Shown here: piece by piece, positions 30,109 to 41,293 of the stretch
How positions within the stretch are numbered: position 1 is the stretch's first letter
Layout: each line of letters starts with the position of its first letter
DNA from: an uncultured Collinsella sp.
GTDB lineage: Bacteria > Actinomycetota > Coriobacteriia > Coriobacteriales > Coriobacteriaceae
NCBI GenBank assembly: GCA_900755005.1
Contig: CAAEEX010000097.1
Coordinates: 14,149 to 78,148, forward strand
Length of the DNA: 64,000 nt
Reading direction: 5' to 3'
Made by a program: the position numbers and the translations under genes
Notes under the pieces: model-generated
The model's database searches: none
What the model was told of the DNA's origin: nothing
The model's input: the letters and a program-made list of their open reading frames with translations, nothing else

Positions 30109-32205
30109 TTACTTTTTGCGGGCAAGCTCACCGATGTTGGCAATGCCGGAGAAAACGGCCTCGAAGCGGTTGAGCAGCTTAAGGCGATTATCGCGAAGCT
30201 GCTCGTCCTTGTCCATGACCATGACCTCATCGAAGAAACGGTCGATGGGCGCGCGCAGGGCGGCGAGGGCGGCAAATGCGGTCGGGTAGTCCTCGGCAGC
30301 AAGGGCGGCATCGACGGCGGTCTGAGCAGCCTCGGAGGCGTCGGCGAGCGCAAGCTCGACCTCGCCCATCAGGCTGCGGTCATACTCCGCACCCAGCTCG
30401 GGCTTGGAGATATGCGCGGCGCGGGCATAGGCGGTCGCCAGGTTGTCGAACGTCTCAGCGTCGTTCTTGCGGGCCTCGTCGAGGGCGGCGCAGCGGGCGA
30501 AGAAGACGGACGGGGCGATGATGTGCACCGCGGAGACGGCGGCGACGGTATCGGCCGGAATCTTTTCGTCGCGGGCCATGCTCACCAGGCGGCCATGGAA
30601 GAAGTCACGAACCTGCTGGGCGACCTCGGCGGCGTCGAACTCAATGCCCTGCTCACTGTAGAGTTCGAGGGCAAAGTCGATGAGCGACGTGGGGTCGAAC
30701 GGCAGACGGTCGCGCAGGATGTTGATAATGCCGATAGCGGCACGACGCAGCGCGTAGGGGTCAGAGGAGCCGGTCGGGGGCTCGCCGATGGCAAAGATAC
30801 CGGCGATGGTATCGAGCTTGTCGGCGCAGGCCACGATGCAGCCAGCGGTGCCCTCGGGCAGCTCGTCACCGGCAAAACGGGGACGATAGTGATCGCGAAT
30901 AGCATGGGCGACCTCGTCGTTCTCCCCCATCGCGGTCGCGTAATAACCGCCCATCACGCCCTGCTGGCTCGTGAACTCGACGACGGCGTTGGACACCAGG
31001 TCTGCCTTGCACAGGTGTGCGGCGCGAGCAGCGTCGGCGGCAAGATGGGCGCCCAGGTGAGCCTCGCGGGCGATAGCGAGCGCGAGCTGCTCGATGCGCT
31101 CGGACTTGGCGAGCACGCTACCGAGCTTCTCCTGGAAGGCAACCTTGGACAGACGCTCACGGAACTCGTCGAGGGAGATCTTCAGGTCCTCCTCGTAGAA
31201 GAACTTAGCGTCGTCCAGACGGGCGCGCACGACGCGCTCGTTACCGTCGATCACTCGCTCGGCGTTCTCGGGCTTGCTGTTGGAGACGACCACGAACTCA
31301 CGCGTCAGCTTGCCCTCGCCGTCATAGATCGGGAAGTAGCGCTGGTTGGTGAGCATGGACTCGCAGATAATCTCGTGCGGGACCTTGAGGAACTCCTCGT
31401 CGAAAGTACCGACGAGCACCGTCGGCCACTCGCAGAGGTTAATGACCTCCTCAAAGACCTTCTTGGGCGTATCGACATGGCAGCCGGGGCGAGCGGCCTC
31501 GACCTCGGAGATACCGGCAAGGATGGCCTCGCGACGGCGCTCGGCAGAAAGCACGCCGGCGTCCTCGAGTACCTGCTCGTAGGCGGCGGGGCTGGCGACA
31601 ACGTGGTCACCGGGGCCGAGCACGCGATGGCCGCGCGTGGTGTTGCCGCTCGTCACGTCGGCAAATGACACAGGCACAACATCCTCGCCCAGAAGGCAGC
31701 AAATCCAGCGGACCGGGCGCACGAAGGTGGCGTGCTCGTGGCCCCAGCGCTGGGAGCGGTAGTTGGGCCACTGCAGGCCGGCAATGGTCTTCTCGCACAG
31801 GGCCGTCAGGATCGGGGTTGCCGGTGCGGAGGGAATGTTCTTCTCGGCAAAGACATACTCGCGACCGTCGGTATCCTCACGACGGACCAGGTCCTCGGCA
31901 GCCACACCGCACTTGCGGGCGAAGCCCTGGGCGGCCTTGGTGGCGTTACCGTCAGCGTCGAAGGCGATGTTTGCCGCGGGGCCACGCTTGACCTCGTGAA
32001 CCTCATCGGTCGCGGTGGCGACGTCGGCAACGAGCGCAGCCAGGCGACGCGGGCTCGAGATCACGCGGACCTCGCCATGGGCCAGACCGGCCTCATCGAG
32101 GCCCTTGGCGATCATGGTACCAAGCTGCTTGACGGCATTATTCAGCGGTGCAGAGGGCATTTCCTCCGTACCGATCTCAAACAGGAAATCCTTAGCGTCT
32201 GCCAT
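30109..32205 (-). CDS. glyS: glycine--tRNA ligase beta subunit
   Basis: 698 aa. Full-length GlyS similarity. Follows glyQ. Confidence 0.92.
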   Translation of the reverse strand: MADAKDFLFEIGTEEMPSAPLNNAVKQLGTMIAKGLDEAGLAHGEVRVISSPRRLAALVADVATATDEVHEVKRGPAANIAFDADGNATKAAQGFARKCGVAAEDLVRREDTDGREYVFAEKNIPSAPATPILTALCEKTIAGLQWPNYRSQRWGHEHATFVRPVRWICCLLGEDVVPVSFADVTSGNTTRGHRVLGPGDHVVASPAAYEQVLEDAGVLSAERRREAILAGISEVEAARPGCHVDTPKKVFEEVINLCEWPTVLVGTFDEEFLKVPHEIICESMLTNQRYFPIYDGEGKLTREFVVVSNSKPENAERVIDGNERVVRARLDDAKFFYEEDLKISLDEFRERLSKVAFQEKLGSVLAKSERIEQLALAIAREAHLGAHLAADAARAAHLCKADLVSNAVVEFTSQQGVMGGYYATAMGENDEVAHAIRDHYRPRFAGDELPEGTAGCIVACADKLDTIAGIFAIGEPPTGSSDPYALRRAAIGIINILRDRLPFDPTSLIDFALELYSEQGIEFDAAEVAQQVRDFFHGRLVSMARDEKIPADTVAAVSAVHIIAPSVFFARCAALDEARKNDAETFDNLATAYARAAHISKPELGAEYDRSLMGEVELALADASEAAQTAVDAALAAEDYPTAFAALAALRAPIDRFFDEVMVMDKDEQLRDNRLKLLNRFEAVFSGIANIGELARKK

Positions 32206-32208
32206 GGC

Positions 32209-33120
32209 TTACGCCACCTCGCCTTCCTGGTCGGCATTCTCGTTGACTCCGGCGACCTCGGCCATGTAGGCCTCGCAGCACGCCTTGGCGACGGCGCGGA
32301 CGCGCAGGATGTAGTTGGCACGCTCGACCGCGGACAGGGCGCCGCGGGCATCGAGCAGGTTAAAGGCGTGACTGCACTTCATGACGCAGTCGTAGGCCGG
32401 CAACGGCAGCTTGCGCTCCAGGCAGGAATGGCACTCGGCCTCGTAGTCTTCAAACTTCTGACGCATCATCTCGACGTTGGCGACCTCAAAGTTATAGGCA
32501 CTGAACTCGCGCTCGTTCTCGAGGAACACGTCGCCGTAGGTCATGGGCGTGCCGTCGGGCAGATAGCTCCACACCAGATCGTAGACCGAGTTGACGCCCT
32601 GAGCGTACATGGCGATACGCTCCAGGCCATAGGTGATCTCGACGGGCACGGGGTCGACCTCGATACCGCCCACCTGCTGGAAGTACGTGAACTGCGTGAC
32701 CTCCATGCCGTTGAGCCAGACCTCCCAGCCAAGGCCCCAGGCGCCCAGCGTCGGGCTCTCCCAGTCGTCCTCGACAAAACGGACGTCATGGTCGTTGGGG
32801 TCCAGGCCAATGGCAGCAAGAGACCCCAGGTAAAGCTCCTGAGCATTAACCGGAGAGGGCTTAATGAGCACCTGGAACTGATAGTAGTGCTGCATGCGGT
32901 TAGGGTTCTCGCCGTAGCGGCCGTCGGCGGGACGGCGGCAGGGCTGCGCATAGCAGGTGCGCCATTCGGCGGGACCGAGCGAGCGCAGCGTGGTCGCGGT
33001 ATGGAAGGTACCGGCACCGACCTCGGAGTCATAGGGCTGCATAATGACGCAGCCCTGCTCGCCCCAGTACTGCTGGAGGCGCAGGATGATGTCTTGGAAG
33101 GAAAGCGATGAAGCGTTCAT
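32209..33120 (-). CDS. glyQ: glycine--tRNA ligase alpha subunit
   Basis: [43 protein letters not shown]. Confidence 0.95.
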   Translation of the reverse strand: MNASSLSFQDIILRLQQYWGEQGCVIMQPYDSEVGAGTFHTATTLRSLGPAEWRTCYAQPCRRPADGRYGENPNRMQHYYQFQVLIKPSPVNAQELYLGSLAAIGLDPNDHDVRFVEDDWESPTLGAWGLGWEVWLNGMEVTQFTYFQQVGGIEVDPVPVEITYGLERIAMYAQGVNSVYDLVWSYLPDGTPMTYGDVFLENEREFSAYNFEVANVEMMRQKFEDYEAECHSCLERKLPLPAYDCVMKCSHAFNLLDARGALSAVERANYILRVRAVAKACCEAYMAEVAGVNENADQEGEVA

Positions 33121-33179
33121 GCCTCTAATATCCCCTCGTCGAAACGATTACACGGTTAGGTACTGTACTATAGCGGTTT

Positions 33180-33749
33180 TTAGTCGATAGCGCCGATGCG
33201 GTTGAGCGGCCAGTAGCGCACAAGCGCCACAGCGATCAAATCAGAGCGATCGACGGGACCAAAGTAGCGCGAGTCGGCAGAGTTTTCGCGGTTGTCGCCC
33301 ATCACCCACACGCACCCGTCGGGAACGGTGTAGGGATAACTCACCTGGGCGCCAGGCGCTTGGACCGAAAGCGGCCAGCTCATGCCCGTCGTATAGTCCT
33401 CGTCGAGCGCTTGGCCGTCAACGACCACCTTGCCGTCCTGCAGGTCGACCGTCTGACCGGCCGTGGCGATGACGCGCTTTACCAGCACGTCATGCTCGGA
33501 CGTGGCATCGGGGTTGTGGAACACCACGATATCGCCCTGTTTGACGGGCTGACCGAGCTCGAGGCTCACCTTTTGTGCCAGGATCTGGTCACCAATCTCG
33601 ATCGTGTCCTCCATGGAGCCGGTGGGCACCACAAAGGGCTCGACCACAAAGGTGCGGATCAGGAAGGTGGCCACGAGCGCGATTGCGATGACCGCGATCC
33701 ACTCAAAGGCGCCCCTCAACGCGGAATGCTGCGATGGAACCATTCTCAC
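33180..33749 (-). CDS. lepB: signal peptidase I
   Basis: S26 catalytic Ser region VVPTGSMEDTI. Box E GDNRENSADSRYFGPV. N-terminal TM. Confidence 0.88.
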   Translation of the reverse strand: MRMVPSQHSALRGAFEWIAVIAIALVATFLIRTFVVEPFVVPTGSMEDTIEIGDQILAQKVSLELGQPVKQGDIVVFHNPDATSEHDVLVKRVIATAGQTVDLQDGKVVVDGQALDEDYTTGMSWPLSVQAPGAQVSYPYTVPDGCVWVMGDNRENSADSRYFGPVDRSDLIAVALVRYWPLNRIGAID

Positions 33750-34504
33750 TCCTCGCTCTGCGAATACGAAGCGTCCAGAATCTCCTGCGCGTATGCGCGC
33801 TCCTGGGGCGTAAGCCGCGCCGTCTCGATCAGGTCGGGACGCCAGCGGCAGGTGCGCTCGATGGCATTCTTACGGCGCCAGGCATCGACCTTGGCGTGAT
33901 CACCGCTCACGAGCACTGGAGGCACGCCCTCGCCGTTGAACTCGGCAGGACGGGTGTACTGCGCGTACTCGAGCAGACCACCGTCCTCGGCAGTCGAGAA
34001 TGACTCGTCCACGTTGCTCATCTCGTCACCAAGGGCGCCGGGAATCAGGCGTACGACGGCATCGGCAACGACCATAGCGGGAAGCTCGCCGCCCGTGAGC
34101 ACGTAATCGCCGATCGACAGGCGCTCGTCGGCATACGCATAGGCACGCTCGTCGACACCCTCGTAACGGCTGCACACAAACAGCAAGCGCTCGCTTTTGA
34201 GCAGGCGCTCGGCCACATGCTGTGTAAAGGGCTCGCCACAGGGGGTAAAAAACACCACGGTGGGCTTAGGACCCTCGGAGCTAATAGCCTCAATGGCCTC
34301 GGCAATAGGCTCGACCTTCATGAGCATGCCCTGCCCGCCGCCGTACGGCTCGTCATCGACGGTACGATGGCGGTCGTGCGTCCAGTCGCGCAGGTTATAC
34401 GCCTTAAAATCAAAAAGGCCGGCCTTGCGGGCGCGGCCCAAAATCGATGTGGACATGACGGGCTCAAACATCTCGGGAAAGACCGAAAGGGTCTCAATCA
34501 GCAT
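33746..34504 (-). CDS. trmD: tRNA (guanine37-N1)-methyltransferase
   Basis: 252 aa. SPOUT-fold TrmD similarity. Sits in the conserved rimM-trmD context. Confidence 0.9.
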   Translation of the reverse strand: MLIETLSVFPEMFEPVMSTSILGRARKAGLFDFKAYNLRDWTHDRHRTVDDEPYGGGQGMLMKVEPIAEAIEAISSEGPKPTVVFFTPCGEPFTQHVAERLLKSERLLFVCSRYEGVDERAYAYADERLSIGDYVLTGGELPAMVVADAVVRLIPGALGDEMSNVDESFSTAEDGGLLEYAQYTRPAEFNGEGVPPVLVSGDHAKVDAWRRKNAIERTCRWRPDLIETARLTPQERAYAQEILDASYSQSEE

Positions 34505-34514
34505 GTTGTCCTCC

Positions 34515-35036
34515 CTACTTGTCCATATCGATCAGGCCGTCCATAACGTGGACGGAAATTGTTCCAGTGTCGGGAAGATCGAGCACAACCTGCTCAATCA
34601 CGGGAATCAGTACCTCGCCGTACCGATCACCCTCGACAACCCAAACATCGTTAGCGGGCGTCGACATGATCTCGACGATCGTGCCGAGCGAACCGAAGCG
34701 CTCATCGACCACCTCGCGACCCATCAGGTCGGTATAGGCAGCGTCGAGCGAATCGAGCTCAAAGTCGTCACGATTTGCCAGCACGTAGCATCCCGTGATG
34801 CCCTCGGCGGCCGTTAAGTCGTCAATGCCCTCAAACGAGACCAGATCGCCATCGCCCGTATCGGTGACGGACACGACCGTGCAAAAACGGTCGCGCTTGA
34901 GCGCCGGCGGCGTCAGGGCGACGCGCATACCCGGCTCTAATACAGAAGGAAGCCCCCGCAGCGGCTGCGCGAGGACCTCCCCCTTCCTTCCGTGCGGCTT
35001 GACCACACGGGCGATGTTTTTGTACTGGGACCTCAA
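34515..35036 (-). CDS. rimM: ribosome maturation factor RimM
   Basis: N-terminus VARVVKPHGRKGEVLAQPL and a C-terminal PRC barrel. Confidence 0.88.
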   Translation of the reverse strand: MRSQYKNIARVVKPHGRKGEVLAQPLRGLPSVLEPGMRVALTPPALKRDRFCTVVSVTDTGDGDLVSFEGIDDLTAAEGITGCYVLANRDDFELDSLDAAYTDLMGREVVDERFGSLGTIVEIMSTPANDVWVVEGDRYGEVLIPVIEQVVLDLPDTGTISVHVMDGLIDMDK

Positions 35037-35040
35037 GGTC

Positions 35041-35325
35041 CTAGCCCAGAACCTCTACCTCGACAGCAGTGTCGAGGCGAGCGGCCAGTGCACGGGCGAG
35101 CGTGCGAATGGCCTTGATGGTACGGCCACGACGGCCGATGACCTTAGCGACGTCATCCTCGGCGACAGAAACCTCAATCGTAGAAGCGTCGTCACCATCG
35201 ATGACCTCAAGGCTCACGGAATCCGGGTCGTCGACGATCTGAACAACGAGATATTCGACGAGATCGGCGATGCGATCTGAGAGCATTGCCTCACCCTCGA
35301 GCTGTGCAGCGTCAACCTCAGGCAC
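35041..35325 (-). CDS. khpA: KH-domain RNA-binding protein (KhpA/YlqC-like)
   Basis: 94 aa. KH GxxG loop VIGRRGRTIKAIRTLA. Lies between rpsP and rimM. Confidence 0.8.
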   Translation of the reverse strand: MPEVDAAQLEGEAMLSDRIADLVEYLVVQIVDDPDSVSLEVIDGDDASTIEVSVAEDDVAKVIGRRGRTIKAIRTLARALAARLDTAVEVEVLG

Positions 35326-35328
35326 GAT

Positions 35329-35670
35329 TTACTCCTCGGCGCCCTCAGCGGCCTCAGCGGCAGCCTTAGCGGCCTCGGCCTCTTTGGCGAGCTGCTTCTT
35401 GGACTTCTTGACGACGGTCTCGGTCTTCTCGCCCTCGTTGGCGGCCTTGACCAGAGCGGCGACGGCGTCGGTGAGCTGAGCGCCCTTGGACTGCCAGTCG
35501 GCGATCTTCTCGAGGTCGAGGTTGATGGTCTTGGGGGCGGTCATCGGGTTGTAGCGGCCAACCTCCTCGATGATACGACCGTCACGCGGGGCGCGGGAAT
35601 CGGCGACGACGACACGGTAGTACGGACGCTTCTTAGCGCCGTGACGAGCAAGGCGAATCTTGACTGCCAA
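35329..35670 (-). CDS. rpsP: 30S ribosomal protein S16 with Ala/Glu/Lys-rich C-terminal tail
   Basis: [31 protein letters not shown]. The conserved N-terminus begins at a TTG (35670) 6 nt after SD GGAGGAG. The ORF-track start at 35706 adds 12 non-conserved residues. Confidence 0.9.
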   Translation of the reverse strand: MAVKIRLARHGAKKRPYYRVVVADSRAPRDGRIIEEVGRYNPMTAPKTINLDLEKIADWQSKGAQLTDAVAALVKAANEGEKTETVVKKSKKQLAKEAEAAKAAAEAAEGAEE

Positions 35671-35871
35671 AGGAAACTCCTCCAACCAAGCAGCTTTAGG
35701 CTGCAACTACAAACAAACAGTTGAACATAATACGCCATCGACGCGGGCAGGTGAAGTCCGTGAGACCAACTTCTTCGGTGTAGTCGAAGGCAAATCCATA
35801 TCTTAGACAAGAATTCGGGATTTGCAAGCACATACACGCACCCCACATGAGCTGCGCGGTATACTCATGAC

Positions 35872-37125
35872 ATGGAAAGACGCGAACATACATACGGTTA
35901 TGAGGATGCCATGGGTGTCACGCCGCCTCCCTGGACGGGTCCGGCGGTGGGCCTCATGGACCTCGATGCGTTTTTTGCGAGCGTGGAGATGCTCGATCAT
36001 CCCGAATGGCGCGGAAAGCCGCTCATCGTGGGCGGAGACGCCGATTCGCGTGGCGTCGTGTCCACGTGTTCGTATGAGGCGCGTCGCTTTGGCGTGCACT
36101 CTGCCATGGCCTCGGCCGAAGCGCGGCGCTTGTGCCCGCAAGCCATTTGGACGCACGGGCACTTTGATCGCTACCGCGAGGTGAGCGCGCGGGTCATGGC
36201 GATTCTCGCCGACGAGACCCCGCGCGTTGAGCGCGTATCCATCGACGAAGCCTTTATCGATATCACACCGGGTCGCTTTGCGCCCGAGGACCCGCTGCTG
36301 GTTGCACGGCGTATAAGCGACCGCGTGGCAGCGCTGGGAGTGACGTGCTCCATTGGCGTGGGCTGCAACAAGACGGTCGCAAAGATCGCAAGCGAGCGAG
36401 ATAAGCCGTTTGGGCTGACCATCGTGCGCCCCGGAACCGAGCAGCGCTTTTTGGCCGCGCTGCCGGTATCTGCCATGAGCGGCATCGGGCGCTCGGCCGA
36501 GGAGCGACTGCGCCGTATGCGCATCTACACGCTCGGCGAGCTGTCACGCGCGCCGGAATCCACCTTGGCCTCTATTTTTGGCGTCAACGGCGAACGTATG
36601 CGTCAGCGTGCGCTGGGACTTGAAATCTCCGAAGTCACGAGTCTCGATGAAGAGCGTGTGGTCAAGTCGGTAAGCAATGAGCGCACCTTTGCGAAAGATT
36701 TGACTGAGCGCGGGGACATCGAAGCGGCGATTGCGCTGTTGGGCGAGTCAGTGGGACGCCGCCTGCGCCGTCAGGGACTGACGGGCGCCACGGTGACGCT
36801 CAAGCTCAAGTATTCGTATGGAAGCGGTCGCTCGGCACAGCGCCGGCTGCCTCATCCGACCGACGATGAGAACATCTTCGTGGCGGTTGCGCTCGAACTG
36901 CTCGACAACATCTGGCAGGAAGGCATGCATGTGCGTCTGGCGGGTATCGGCATGAGCGACTTTGACCATCAGGGCGGCATCCAGACCGACCTGTTCTGCG
37001 AAGTCGACGACCGCGGAGCCCAGTCGAGCGACCGTCGCGACCTCTCAGTCGCCATCGACGCCGTCCGAGACAAGTTCGGCGACACCGCCCTATCCTTCGG
37101 CCGCCAATCCCGCTTCAATGATTAA
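35872..37125 (+). CDS. dinB: DNA polymerase IV (Y-family)
   Basis: MDLDAFFASVEM motif, SIDEAFID, and a C-terminal little-finger domain. The true start is probably internal: Met at 35911 or 35956. Confidence 0.88.
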   Translation: MERREHTYGYEDAMGVTPPPWTGPAVGLMDLDAFFASVEMLDHPEWRGKPLIVGGDADSRGVVSTCSYEARRFGVHSAMASAEARRLCPQAIWTHGHFDRYREVSARVMAILADETPRVERVSIDEAFIDITPGRFAPEDPLLVARRISDRVAALGVTCSIGVGCNKTVAKIASERDKPFGLTIVRPGTEQRFLAALPVSAMSGIGRSAEERLRRMRIYTLGELSRAPESTLASIFGVNGERMRQRALGLEISEVTSLDEERVVKSVSNERTFAKDLTERGDIEAAIALLGESVGRRLRRQGLTGATVTLKLKYSYGSGRSAQRRLPHPTDDENIFVAVALELLDNIWQEGMHVRLAGIGMSDFDHQGGIQTDLFCEVDDRGAQSSDRRDLSVAIDAVRDKFGDTALSFGRQSRFND

Positions 37126-37132
37126 CCGCCTT

Positions 37133-37180
37133 TGGGCAAAAAGAAAGCCGGGCAGGTGCGGAAAACCGCAACTGCCCGGC
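37133..37180 (-). terminator. Rho-independent terminator of the rsfS operon (between convergent dinB and rsfS)
   Basis: Perfect 9-bp stem GCCGGGCAG / CTGCCCGGC with an inner TGCGG/CCGCA extension. On the minus strand it is followed by UUUCUUUUUGCCC. Confidence 0.8.
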
Positions 37181-37224
37181 GAAATGCGCGAGGCTAGCTA
37201 AAAAGCCCCGTATCAAATGAGCTA

Positions 37225-37701
37225 CTAGAGAAGATTGAGGGGGAGCTGGGGGGCGTCACCCCAGAGCTTTTCTAGGCGGTAGAAGTCGCGGGCTTCGGGA
37301 GTGAAGACGTGGACGACGACCGAGCCGTAGTCCATGAGCATCCAGGTCTTCTGCTCGCGGCCCTCGATGGAGAACGGATGCTCGCCGCAAGCCGCGGCGA
37401 CCTTCTCCTCGATCTCGTCGACGATAGAATCGACCTGGCGGTTGTTGGTACCGGTGGCAAGCACAAAGTAGTCGCACACGTCGGAAAGCTCGGTCAGGTC
37501 GAGCACCTGCACGTCCTCGCCCTTCTTGTCGTAGGCGGCCTGCGCGGCGGCGCGGGCGACATCCTCGGCGGCGACACCGCTCGCGGACAGCGAGGCGGCG
37601 GTGCGGTCGGACGTGGCAACGAAACTCTTGTGCTCCACACCTTCAAGAATCTGCTCGTCAGTCATGGTCTCGTCGGCCATGGAATACCTCTTTCTAGACA
37701 C
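37225..37701 (-). CDS. rsfS: ribosome silencing factor RsfS (Iojap)
   Basis: VLDLTELSDVCDYFVLATGTNNRQVDSIVDEIEEK. The annotated N-terminus is probably too long. Confidence 0.85.
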   Translation of the reverse strand: MSRKRYSMADETMTDEQILEGVEHKSFVATSDRTAASLSASGVAAEDVARAAAQAAYDKKGEDVQVLDLTELSDVCDYFVLATGTNNRQVDSIVDEIEEKVAAACGEHPFSIEGREQKTWMLMDYGSVVVHVFTPEARDFYRLEKLWGDAPQLPLNLL

Positions 37702-37708
37702 ACCCGAG

Positions 37709-38332
37709 CTAGCGCAGCTGGGCGTAATGGTTGTAAATCGTAATAGCCGTGGGATAAAGATAGCGCCCGGACTGGATCACATAGACCAGACCCTGCGCAA
37801 AACAGGAGAAGAACAACTCATCGAGCGAGGACTTCCCCACCATCTTGCGCAGCGCATGGGCATAGTCGCCGTGACGGTTGGGCTCGATGGCATCGGCCAC
37901 AAAGACCACCATATCGAGCGGCGTCATGTCGCAGGCACCCACGGTGTGACGGTCGACAGCCTGGAAAACGGCCGGTGACAGCTCGGGAAAAAGCTGCGGA
38001 AGCTCATAGGCGGCAACAGGGCCATGCAAAAGCGGCGTCGCGGCGGAAGGAGAGCCGGCAACCTTGATGCCATAGTGAAGCGCGCGGGCCACGAGCTCGT
38101 CATCGGAAAGAACCTTGTCCCAGTCGTGAATTAAGCCGGCGGCAGCCGCATCAAAGCGGTCAACGCCGTAGACCTCGGCCAGATGAAGTGCGGTCTCGGC
38201 AACACCCAGCGAATGCACATAGCGCTTGCGCTTATCTTTCATGCGAACATCGAGCAGCTCTTGAATGCGCTTGAGCAGCGCGCGCTCATCGCCCTCAAAC
38301 TGATCCTCTACCGACAACGTAGCCCCCATCAC
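37709..38332 (-). CDS. yqeK: bis(5'-nucleosyl)-tetraphosphatase (symmetrical) YqeK, HD domain
   Basis: HSLGVAETALHLA...HDWDK HD motif. Lies in the conserved nadD-yqeK-rsfS context. Confidence 0.85.
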   Translation of the reverse strand: MMGATLSVEDQFEGDERALLKRIQELLDVRMKDKRKRYVHSLGVAETALHLAEVYGVDRFDAAAAGLIHDWDKVLSDDELVARALHYGIKVAGSPSAATPLLHGPVAAYELPQLFPELSPAVFQAVDRHTVGACDMTPLDMVVFVADAIEPNRHGDYAHALRKMVGKSSLDELFFSCFAQGLVYVIQSGRYLYPTAITIYNHYAQLR

Positions 38333-39006
38333 TCAAAATCTTCTTGGCCCAAATCGGCATATAGCCTGCGCTTGCGAATGTAGCCGAGCACGGACTCGCT
38401 CGTAAGATAGCGCACGCTCATGCCGCGGGCAACTCGCTTACGAATGTTCGTCGAGCTGATCGCCAGCGCCGGAATCTGAATATAGCGCACGTCGAACGGC
38501 AGCCCCGACTCTTTAATTCGGGCACGCGCCGTATCGATATCAAAGCCCGGTCGCGTCGCCGCAATAAAGGTAGCAAGCTCAGCGATTCGTTCGGCATCAT
38601 GCCAGGTCACAATATCGATAATCGCGTCGGCGCCCGTAATAAAGTAGAGCTTTACCTGCGGCGGGTAAAAGTCGCGAAGGGCATGAAGCGTATCGGCCGT
38701 ATAGGTTACGCCCGGACGGTCAATCTCGAACCGGCTCGCCAAAAAGGCCGGGTTCGCGGCGGTGGCGAGGACCGTCATGGCATAACGGTCCTCGGCAGGC
38801 GTCACCGGCTTGTCAAGCTTAAAGGCGGGAGAGCCCGCCGGCATAAAGAGCACAGCGTCCAAGTCGAGCGACTCGCGCGCCTGCTCGGCAGTCACCAGGT
38901 GCCCGTAATGAATCGGGTCGAATGTGCCGCCCATAATGCCAAGCCGAAACTCTTTGCCCTCTTTTATGGGCAGCTCGGGCAAACCGATTCCACCGCGCAG
39001 CGACAT
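38329..39006 (-). CDS. nadD: nicotinate-nucleotide adenylyltransferase
   Basis: GIMGGTFDPIHYGHL (H/T-x-G-H nucleotidyltransferase motif). Confidence 0.9.
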   Translation of the reverse strand: MSLRGGIGLPELPIKEGKEFRLGIMGGTFDPIHYGHLVTAEQARESLDLDAVLFMPAGSPAFKLDKPVTPAEDRYAMTVLATAANPAFLASRFEIDRPGVTYTADTLHALRDFYPPQVKLYFITGADAIIDIVTWHDAERIAELATFIAATRPGFDIDTARARIKESGLPFDVRYIQIPALAISSTNIRKRVARGMSVRYLTSESVLGYIRKRRLYADLGQEDFE

Positions 39007-39009
39007 GGC

Positions 39010-40488
<1,479 letters not shown>

Positions 40489-40560
40489 CTACAAAAAGAG
40501 GGAGACCCTTGAATCCTAAAACTCAAGTGCCTCCCACATATGTGCTCTATGAAGGGTGAA

Positions 40561-40818
40561 TTACGCGTTCGCGAGCGGGCGTACGCTGACCCTGTGCTTG
40601 ATACCCTTGTGGAACTCAACGGTACCGTCGACCAGCGCGAACAGCGTGTCGTCCTTGCCACGGCCAACGTTCTCACCCGGGTGGATGTGAGTGCCGTGCT
40701 GACGGACGAGAATCGTGCCCGTGGTTACCGTCTGGCCGGCATAGCGCTTCGTGCCAAGGCGCTGACCGCGGGAGTCACGGCCATTACGGGAGGAACCGAG
40801 TCCTTTTTTGTGTGCCAT
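40561..40818 (-). CDS. rpmA: 50S ribosomal protein L27
   Basis: [29 protein letters not shown]. Confidence 0.95.
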   Translation of the reverse strand: MAHKKGLGSSRNGRDSRGQRLGTKRYAGQTVTTGTILVRQHGTHIHPGENVGRGKDDTLFALVDGTVEFHKGIKHRVSVRPLANA

Positions 40819-40851
40819 TGTGTATACCTACTCTTTCGTTACGAGTGTAAT

Positions 40852-41226
40852 CTACTCGGCGACGGGAGCCTCGGCAACAGCCTCGGCCTCTGCCTTGACA
40901 GCCTTCTTGGCGCGGGACGTAGCCTGGACCTTCACGATCTTCAGCTTGGTGAGCTGCTGACGGTGACCCTTCAGACGACGATAGCGCTTGCGCTTGTGGA
41001 ACTTGAAGACCAGCTGCTTCTCGCCCTTGAACTGCTCAACGATCTGAGCGGTAACCTTGGCCTTGGCCAGCTTGTCGGGATCGGTGACGATCTTCTTACC
41101 ATCGTTGAGGAAGATGACCGGCAGGGTGACCTTGTCGCCCTCATTGCCCTCGATCTTCTCGACGGTGATGACATCGTCGGTGGCGACCTTGTACTGCTTG
41201 CCGCCCGTGTTAACGATTGCGTACAT
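40852..41226 (-). CDS. rplU: 50S ribosomal protein L21 with Ala/Glu/Lys-rich C-terminal tail
   Basis: MYAIVNTGGKQYKVATDDVITVEKI. The ORF-track start at 41247 precedes the conserved MYAIV. Confidence 0.93.
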   Translation of the reverse strand: MYAIVNTGGKQYKVATDDVITVEKIEGNEGDKVTLPVIFLNDGKKIVTDPDKLAKAKVTAQIVEQFKGEKQLVFKFHKRKRYRRLKGHRQQLTKLKIVKVQATSRAKKAVKAEAEAVAEAPVAE

Positions 41227-41293
41227 GTTTACTTGCCCTTCATGCATCAGTTAGTGCAACAGCCGAATATAGTAGCAGGCGAAAATACCCCCG

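Noticed and set aside
33121-33179. Looked for a glycine T-box riboswitch upstream of glyQS
   Set aside because: The intergenic gap to lepB is only about 60 nt, with no T-box (AGGGUGGNACCGCG) or specifier structure. glyQS appears co-transcribed with upstream genes.
35707-35871. Looked for a LexA/SOS box (Cheo box GAAC-N4-GTTC or actinobacterial TCGAAC-N4-GTTCGA) upstream of dinB
   Set aside because: Only a half-site-like GTTGAACATAATACG with no matching second half. Not convincing.
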